Below are positions 25,356-31,847 of a stretch of DNA of 31,847 bases, piece by piece; positions within the stretch are counted from its first letter, which is position 1; the number at the start of each line of letters is the position of its first letter. Source of the stretch: a virus (taxonomy: Duplodnaviria > Caudoviricetes); IMG/VR virus record IMGVR_UViG_3300011443_000041, positions 1-31,847 of that record. One strand, written 5' to 3'. Both the position numbers and the translations under genes were made by a program. The notes beneath the pieces are model-generated. The model was not told where the DNA came from and made no database searches. It saw only the letters and a program-made list of their open reading frames with translations.

Positions 25356-25898
25356 ATGACCGACCACGAGAGCAGCGAGAGGAAGCAGCACGACGAAGAA
25401 GCGGTAGAGGCGTTCAACGAGAGCCGCGTGCGGATGCCGCTGCTCAAGGCGTACCGGGCCGCCTTCCACGCGCCGGTCGACCTGGCGCTCACCGACTCGG
25501 CGCTGCGCACCATCGGCAACAGCTACGCGTCGGTCTGCTTCGTCTACGGCCCGGTGCCGCACCCGGAGAGCGTCGAGCGGCTCGGCGCGGCGATGCACGC
25601 GTACGTCGCCGTGCACCCCGAGGCGGACGACCTCCTCTTCCCCGCCGAGTGCCCGTTCGGCGAGGGAAAGCCGGTCGAGCGGAAGACCGTCACGCTGCGC
25701 GAGAAGATCCAGGCCGCCTACTTCGCGCAGCCCGCCGCGGTGAGCGACTCGGGCCGCTTCGAGCGGCTCGTCGAGGAGAAGGGCGGCGCGTTCGACGAGG
25801 GCCGCTGGTCGCTGCGCGACGTCACCCAGGCGCTCGTCGGCTTCAGCGCGAAGGCCCAGTTCATCAACCGGAAGTACTTCGGGGGTCGCTTTTCATGA
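25356..25898 (+). CDS. Hypothetical protein (first rightward early gene)
   Basis: 180 aa, high GC3, ATGA overlap with the HNH gene. Confidence 0.75.
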   Translation: MTDHESSERKQHDEEAVEAFNESRVRMPLLKAYRAAFHAPVDLALTDSALRTIGNSYASVCFVYGPVPHPESVERLGAAMHAYVAVHPEADDLLFPAECPFGEGKPVERKTVTLREKIQAAYFAQPAAVSDSGRFERLVEEKGGAFDEGRWSLRDVTQALVGFSAKAQFINRKYFGGRFS

Positions 25899-26308
25899 AC
25901 GCCATCGAGATCGCGTTCAAAGGAAGCACGGTCGATCCGAAGAGCGGATGCTGGCTCTGGCAAGGCGCGACCGCGAAGGGCTACGCGCGCGCCTACGACC
26001 CTTCGACCGGCAAGTCGGTGCTGGTGACTCGCCTCGTTCTTGGACTCACCGATCGCAGCGTCTTCGCGTGCCACCACTGCGACAACACGATGTGTGTGAA
26101 CCCGGCGCACCTCTTCACTGGGAGCAACGCCGACAACCAGCTCGACGCCGTTCGGAGGGGTCGCATTCCGAACAGTCTCAAGACCCACTGCAGCAACGGG
26201 CATCCGTTCTCGGACGCAAACACGTACATCAGGAATGCGCGCGGCCATCGGACTTGCCGCGTCTGTAACCGCGCCGCAGTGGCCGCACGGAAGGCGAGGC
26301 TCGCTTGA
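25895..26308 (+). CDS. HNH homing-type endonuclease with C-terminal Zn finger
   Basis: GCWLWQG...ACHHCDNTMCVNPAHL...N..D; KTHCSNGH...RTCRVC. True start is ATG 25895. Confidence 0.9.
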   Translation: MNAIEIAFKGSTVDPKSGCWLWQGATAKGYARAYDPSTGKSVLVTRLVLGLTDRSVFACHHCDNTMCVNPAHLFTGSNADNQLDAVRRGRIPNSLKTHCSNGHPFSDANTYIRNARGHRTCRVCNRAAVAARKARLA

Positions 26309-26541
26309 GCGCGCGCCAGCAGTACCGCATCGTCTACTCGAGCGTGCGCGGCGGCTCGCGCGGCGCCTGCTTCGTCGACGCGGCCGACGAGACCTCGGCG
26401 CGGGCGTTCTTCGCGCAGGCCTTCCCCAACTCGGCGGTGGTCGAGATCGTGCTCGAGCCGGTCGACCCGTGCGCCGCGTACGAGCGCAAGGACGAGCCCG
26501 CCGTCCAGACGCCCGGACAGGAGGTGGGCCGTGCTGAGTAA
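26305..26541 (+). CDS. Hypothetical protein
   Basis: 78 aa, TTGA overlap with the HNH stop, high GC3. Confidence 0.6.
   Translation: MSARQQYRIVYSSVRGGSRGACFVDAADETSARAFFAQAFPNSAVVEIVLEPVDPCAAYERKDEPAVQTPGQEVGRAE
26502..26519. promoter_or_regulatory. 18-bp palindromic site, copy 6
   Basis: CGTCCAGACGCCCGGACA (one mismatch to consensus). Confidence 0.65.
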
Positions 26542-27652
26542 CCTGCTCACCAACAGCCGCCTGCGCGTCGCGCGCAGCTGCAAGCGGAAGCACCGCATCA
26601 TGTACGAGCTGGGCTACCGGCCAGCTGTCGAATCCGACGACCTCTTCTTCGGCGCCCTCATCCACCTCGCGCTGGAGGCGTGGTGGCGGGGCGTGCAGCT
26701 CGGCCTCATCGCCGACGAGTGGCTGAACGCCGCGATGGGGGCGCTGAAGGCGGTGCGAGCCGACCCGTTCGTGATGGCGCGCGCCGAGGTGATGGTGATG
26801 GGGTACCACGCGCGCTGGGAGTCGGAGGCGGCCTACTACGAGGTGCTCGGCGTCGAGGAGCGCTTCGAGTGTGACGTCGTCAACCCCGACACGGGCGCGC
26901 CAAGTCGCACGTGGCGGCTGGGCGGCAAGCTCGACGTGCGCGCGCGGGACCGGCGCGACGGCCTGGTGAAGTTCATCGAGCACAAGACCAGCTCGGAAGA
27001 CGTCTCGCCCGGCAGCGCGTACTGGCTGCGGCTACGGATGGACGGCCAGGTCTCCGTCTACTTCGACGGCTGCGAGGCGCTCGGCACGCCCGCCAGCGCG
27101 TGCTTGTACGACGTACTGGCGAAGCCGCAGCAGCGGCCCAGCGAGGTTCCGCAGCTCGACGACCGCGGGTTGAAGATCGTCGTCGACGCGAAGGGCGAGC
27201 GCGTGAAGACCGGGCCGGGGAAGTGGCGGCAGACGGCCGACACCGCGCAGGGCTACTCGCTGGTGAAGCGGCCCGAGACGGTCGAGGAGTACAAGAAGCG
27301 GATCGTCGACGCCATCACCGAGAACCCCGACCGGTTCTACGGGCGCGGCGAGGTGATGCGGCTCGAGCAGGAGCTGCACGACGCCCGCTTCGACGTGTGG
27401 GCGCTCGGCAAGGAGCTGCGCGAGAACGAGCTCGCCGGCCGCGCCCAGCGCAACCCCGACGCCTGCGAGATGTACGGGAAGCTCTGCCCGTTCTTCGACG
27501 CGTGCTGCGGCGCCGCCTCGCTCGACGACCCGAGCCGCTTCCGGAAATCCGAAGTCGTTCACCCCGAATTGGCGGCTCCCGCCGCCGAACCCGCGCCCGC
27601 GGGGACAACCAGCAGCGACAGCGGGCAGACCCCGAAAGAGGTGGGGACGTAA
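26531..27652 (+). CDS. PD-(D/E)XK (RecB/Cas4-like) exonuclease
   Basis: SC.RK, FGALIHLALE, VEERF, GKLD...IEHKT, QVSVY and C-terminal C..YG..CPFFDAC. Confidence 0.9.
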   Translation: MLSNLLTNSRLRVARSCKRKHRIMYELGYRPAVESDDLFFGALIHLALEAWWRGVQLGLIADEWLNAAMGALKAVRADPFVMARAEVMVMGYHARWESEAAYYEVLGVEERFECDVVNPDTGAPSRTWRLGGKLDVRARDRRDGLVKFIEHKTSSEDVSPGSAYWLRLRMDGQVSVYFDGCEALGTPASACLYDVLAKPQQRPSEVPQLDDRGLKIVVDAKGERVKTGPGKWRQTADTAQGYSLVKRPETVEEYKKRIVDAITENPDRFYGRGEVMRLEQELHDARFDVWALGKELRENELAGRAQRNPDACEMYGKLCPFFDACCGAASLDDPSRFRKSEVVHPELAAPAAEPAPAGTTSSDSGQTPKEVGT

Positions 27653-28620
27653 TGGCCAAACAACAGCAGCAGGTGCGCATGCCGCCGCCGTCGGCGACCG
27701 GCGTGATGCGCCTGGAGAACGTGACGAGAGGGAAGGTGCAGGAGCCGTGGCGGCTGCTGCTCTTCGGCGTCGAGGGAATCGGCAAGACGAGCTTCGGCGC
27801 GTCGATGCCGGACCCCATCTTCGTCGACGCGGAGTCGGGCTCGGGGCAGCTCGAGACGGCCCGCTTCCCGACACCGCAGAACTTCGCCGACGTGCTCGAC
27901 GCCATCCGCGAGTTGCGCGACGGGAAGCACGAGTACAAGACGGCCGTCTTCGACACCGTCGACTGGATCGAGGCGCTCATCTGGCGGCACATCTGCGCGC
28001 GCGACCGGATGAATGACGTGGAAGAGTATGGCTTCGGGAAAGGCTTTAACGTCGCGCTCGAGGAGTGGCGGCGCTTCATCCGCGACCTCGAGATGCTCGA
28101 GCGTCAGCGCGGGATGAACGTGCTGCTGCTCGGCCACTCGCACGTGAAGACGTTCAAGAACCCCGAGGGCGAGGACTTCGACCGGTACGAGCCGCAGGTG
28201 CACGCGAAGGCGGCCGGCGTGCTCAAGCAGTGGCCGCGCGCGGTGCTGTTCGCCCACTACGAGCAGTACGCGGAGAAGCAGAGCCGCTACCAGCTCAAGG
28301 CGAAGGGGGTGGCGACGGGCGAGCGTCTCGTCTTCACCAACCGCACCGCCGCCTACGACGCGAAGAACCGGTACGACCTGCCCGCGCAGCTCCCGCTCAG
28401 CTGGGACGCGTTCCTGCAGGCCGCCACCACCGAGCGCACCGCGGCCGAGCTCGTCGAACTCATCCGGGTCGGCGCGAAGGTGGTCGGTGGCGACCTCGAG
28501 AAGGCGGCGCTGGCCGCGCTCGACCGCGCCGCCGGTGACGTCACGAAGTTGAAGCAGCTCCACAACGCGGTCACCGCGAAGGCGGCCGCCCAACCCCAAC
28601 CCGCAGCACAGGAGAACTGA
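27652..28620 (+). CDS. AAA_24 / Sak4-like ATPase (single-strand annealing)
   Basis: GVEGIGKT, FVDAESG, VFDTVD, LLGHS and AKNR motifs; lies between the exonuclease and SSB genes. Confidence 0.88.
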   Translation: MAKQQQQVRMPPPSATGVMRLENVTRGKVQEPWRLLLFGVEGIGKTSFGASMPDPIFVDAESGSGQLETARFPTPQNFADVLDAIRELRDGKHEYKTAVFDTVDWIEALIWRHICARDRMNDVEEYGFGKGFNVALEEWRRFIRDLEMLERQRGMNVLLLGHSHVKTFKNPEGEDFDRYEPQVHAKAAGVLKQWPRAVLFAHYEQYAEKQSRYQLKAKGVATGERLVFTNRTAAYDAKNRYDLPAQLPLSWDAFLQAATTERTAAELVELIRVGAKVVGGDLEKAALAALDRAAGDVTKLKQLHNAVTAKAAAQPQPAAQEN

Positions 28621-28623
28621 CCG

Positions 28624-29160
28624 ATGAACATCAACGAACTGAATGGCGTGTACCCGGGCAAAGTCGTGGACGCTGGGCTGGCGAAGGCCAGCAACGGCAA
28701 CGAGCAGGTCGCGCTGCTGTGCGAGCTGGGAGGTGACGGGCCCGAGAAGGGACTGAAGCTCACCTATTTCGGCTCGTTCTCCGAGAAGTCGTTCGACATC
28801 ACCGTCAAGGCGCTGCGCACCGCAGGCTGGTCGGGGACCGACCTCGCCGAGGTGGACCGCTGGAAGGAGGTGGTGCCGAGCCCGCCCGACGTCGACTTCG
28901 TCATCGAGCAGGAGGAGTACGAGGGCAAGCAGCAGACGCGGGTGCGGTGGATCAACAGCCGCGGCAACCTCGGCGTGAAGGAGCGGCTCGGCGCCGCGGA
29001 GGCGCAGACGTTCGCCCAGCGGATGAAGGGCAAGCTGCTCGCGTTCGACCAGGCGAACCGCGGGCCGAAGAACAACGGCGCGCCGCCGCGTCAGAGCCCG
29101 CCGAAGTCGCCCGCCGGGACGAAGCCGGCCAACAGCGGCGACCTCGACATTCCGTTCTGA
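28624..29160 (+). CDS. SSB-like protein (DUF669-like OB fold)
   Basis: AKASNGNEQV...EEYEGK..TRVRWIN; acidic DLDIPF C-terminus. Confidence 0.82.
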   Translation: MNINELNGVYPGKVVDAGLAKASNGNEQVALLCELGGDGPEKGLKLTYFGSFSEKSFDITVKALRTAGWSGTDLAEVDRWKEVVPSPPDVDFVIEQEEYEGKQQTRVRWINSRGNLGVKERLGAAEAQTFAQRMKGKLLAFDQANRGPKNNGAPPRQSPPKSPAGTKPANSGDLDIPF

Positions 29161-29181
29161 GCCGCACCTGAAGTTCCAGGG

Positions 29182-29247
29182 GCGGGGCATCGGGCCCCGC
29201 TCCCCGCGCGGCCGGCGGGCGCAAGGTCATAGCGCCGGCCGCGCGGG
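29182..29247 (+). other. Two adjacent GC-rich hairpins in the SSB-parB intergenic region
   Basis: GCGGGGC-ATCGG-GCCCCGC (29182-29200) and a perfect 15-bp stem at 29203-29217/29233-29247; no U-tract. Confidence 0.6.
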
Positions 29248-29297
29248 CAGTTCTTCCGAACCCCTTTCCTCACTCGCCGCACCAACGGAGCCGCACG

Positions 29298-31093
29298 ATG
29301 ACTACCCAGGACATGGTCGCCGCACTCGCGAAGAAGAACGGCAGCACGCCACACCCTCCGCCCCTGATGTCGACGCCGCCGAAGTTCGTCGCGTCGCAGT
29401 TGCTCGACATCAGCAGCATCGAGCCCGACCCGCACAACCCTCGCAAGGACTTCCCGAAGGACGCGATGAACGAGCTCATCAGCAGCGTGATGATGTTCGG
29501 CGTCCGCCAGCCCATCGAGGTGCGGCTGGTCGCCGGCGGGAAGCACCGCATCGTCTTCGGCGAGCGCCGCTTCCGCGCCGCCACCGCGGCGGGCCTCAAG
29601 CAGATCCCCGCCATCGTCCGCCAGCTGAGCGACCTCGACGCCGCCGAGGTGCAGCTCGACGAGAACCTCAAGCGGTCCGAGCTGTCGCCGCTCGAGGTGG
29701 CCGGCGGCTACCAGCGGCAGCTCGAGCTCGGCCGCACCATCGACCAGGTCTGCGAGCGCGCGGGCAAGAAGCGCAGCGCGGTGTACGCGATGGTGCAGCT
29801 GCTCCAACTCGGCGAGCCCGGCCGCAAGGCGCTCGGCGAGGAGAAGATCTCCACGTCGGTCGCGCAGTTGGTCGCGCGCGTCCCGAAGGCGCTGCAGGAG
29901 AAGGCACTCTCGCTGGTGCTGCCGGGCTCAAATTTCCCGGCCGCCACGTTCCGCGAGGCCGAGAAGGCGCTCGCCGACAGCTTCACGGTCGACCTGAAGC
30001 GGGCCCCGTTCGACACGAAGGACGCGAAGCTGTGCCCGTCGGCGGGCACGTGCGCGGCGTGCCCGAAGCGCAGCGGCAACGCGCCCGACTTGTTTCCCGA
30101 GCTGAAGAGCCCCGACGTCTGCACCGACCGGCCCTGTTACGACGCGAAGGTCCACGCCGACGTGAAGCGGGTGATGGACGCGAAGGGGTACCGGCTGCTG
30201 TCGCAGAAGGAGGCGCCGCCGGACGAAACCTTCTGGAACGGCGACGGGTCGCTTAAGGACGACAGCTACGTCGACCCCGACTCGGTCAACTACGACGACG
30301 CGCAGAACCGGAAGAACCGCGAGCTGCTCCCGCTCGAGCACTTCAAGAAGCTCGCCGTCGTCGTCATCGACGGTCATGGCAAGGCGCGGCAGCTGCTGCC
30401 GAAGGCCGGCCTGGCGCGCGAGCTGAAGAAGGCCGGCGTCTTCAAGGAGAAGACGAAGCGCCAGGCCTCGGCGGCCGCGCCCACGAAGCCGAGCAAGCCG
30501 GCCGAGTACAAGCCGCCCCCGCCGACCCTCGAGGAGCTGACCGACAAGGCGGTACTGGCGGCGTGCGTCGCCGCGGTCGAGAAGAACCCGGCGAAGCTCG
30601 CGGTGCTGAAGCTGATCGCCATCGAGGCGGTCGCCACTACCAACACGCTCTACGAGCGGCGCGGCCTGAAGGACCTCGGCTACGGCCGCCTCAGCGTGAA
30701 GGAGTTCGACAAGACGTTCGGCAAGCTGTCGTTCAACAAGCTGGTCGCCCTCATCTTCGACGCGCTCTTCGACCACCGCTACAGCGACGGCGACCCGCTC
30801 GACGACGTCACCGCCGTGCTGGGCGTCAACGCGAAGAAGGTCGAGGCGACGGTGAAGGCCGAGCAGGACGCGAAGGCGGCGAAGGCCGCATCCGGCGACA
30901 AGGCGGCCGAGAAGGCGAAGAAGGCCGACGCTAAGAAGGCGACGCCCGCGCACAAGCGCGTGACGTTCTCGAACGGCAAGCATCACCTCAGCGCGAAGGC
31001 AGACCCGCTCGACTCGCCGGCCGTCGCGAAGGCGAAGGCGAAGAAGGCGGCGAAGAAGGTCAAGAAGGCGCTCGCGAAGAAGGGCGGTGGCAA

Positions 31094-31097
<4 letters not shown>
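29298..31097 (+). CDS. ParB/Srx-domain protein with HTH, Cys cluster and Lys/Ala-rich tail
   Basis: IEPDPHNPRK, GVRQPIEVR, IVFGERRFRA, ENLKRSELSPLE; CAACPKRSG...CTDRPC. Confidence 0.9.

Positions 31098-31847
<750 letters not shown>

Noticed and set aside
26531-27652. Cas4-like nuclease suggesting a CRISPR system
   Set aside because: No repeat-spacer array or other cas genes; the exonuclease-Sak4-SSB context is a standard phage recombination module.

Overview
The whole window is one contiguous segment of a high-GC temperate tailed phage; no host genes are visible. The Zn-ribbon-containing integrase and the Cys-cluster sigma-70 region-4 protein resemble myxobacterial proteins, so a Myxococcota host is inferred but not proven. 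An AT-rich divergent promoter region at about 25260-25356 splits the window. The minus strand (25260 to 1) runs: candidate repressor, xis and tyrosine integrase followed by an apparently intact attP-like region, small early genes, a sigma-70 region-4 regulator, a C5 DNA methyltransferase, a primase-helicase carrying a GATC-rich iteron array, VRR-NUC, a Dam-type methyltransferase, TerS/TerL, a portal-MuF fusion, Mu-like protease/scaffold, decoration protein, major capsid, four signal-peptide-bearing proteins, head-tail and tail completion proteins, and tail tube. The plus strand (25356 to the end) runs: HNH, PD-(D/E)XK exonuclease, Sak4-like ATPase, SSB-like protein, ParB-like protein, and a protein running into a (GCT)n tract. 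The most notable observations are: (1) four consecutive decoration/fibre-like proteins with export signals inside the head module; (2) a dispersed 18-bp palindrome, CGTCCRGRCGYCYGGACG, six copies, each just upstream of a start codon; (3) two 5' poly-G tracts that break reading frames, one in the Dam-type methyltransferase; (4) a shared leaderless late-promoter motif in front of the portal and protease genes. All family assignments come from motif recognition and gene order, not from database searches.
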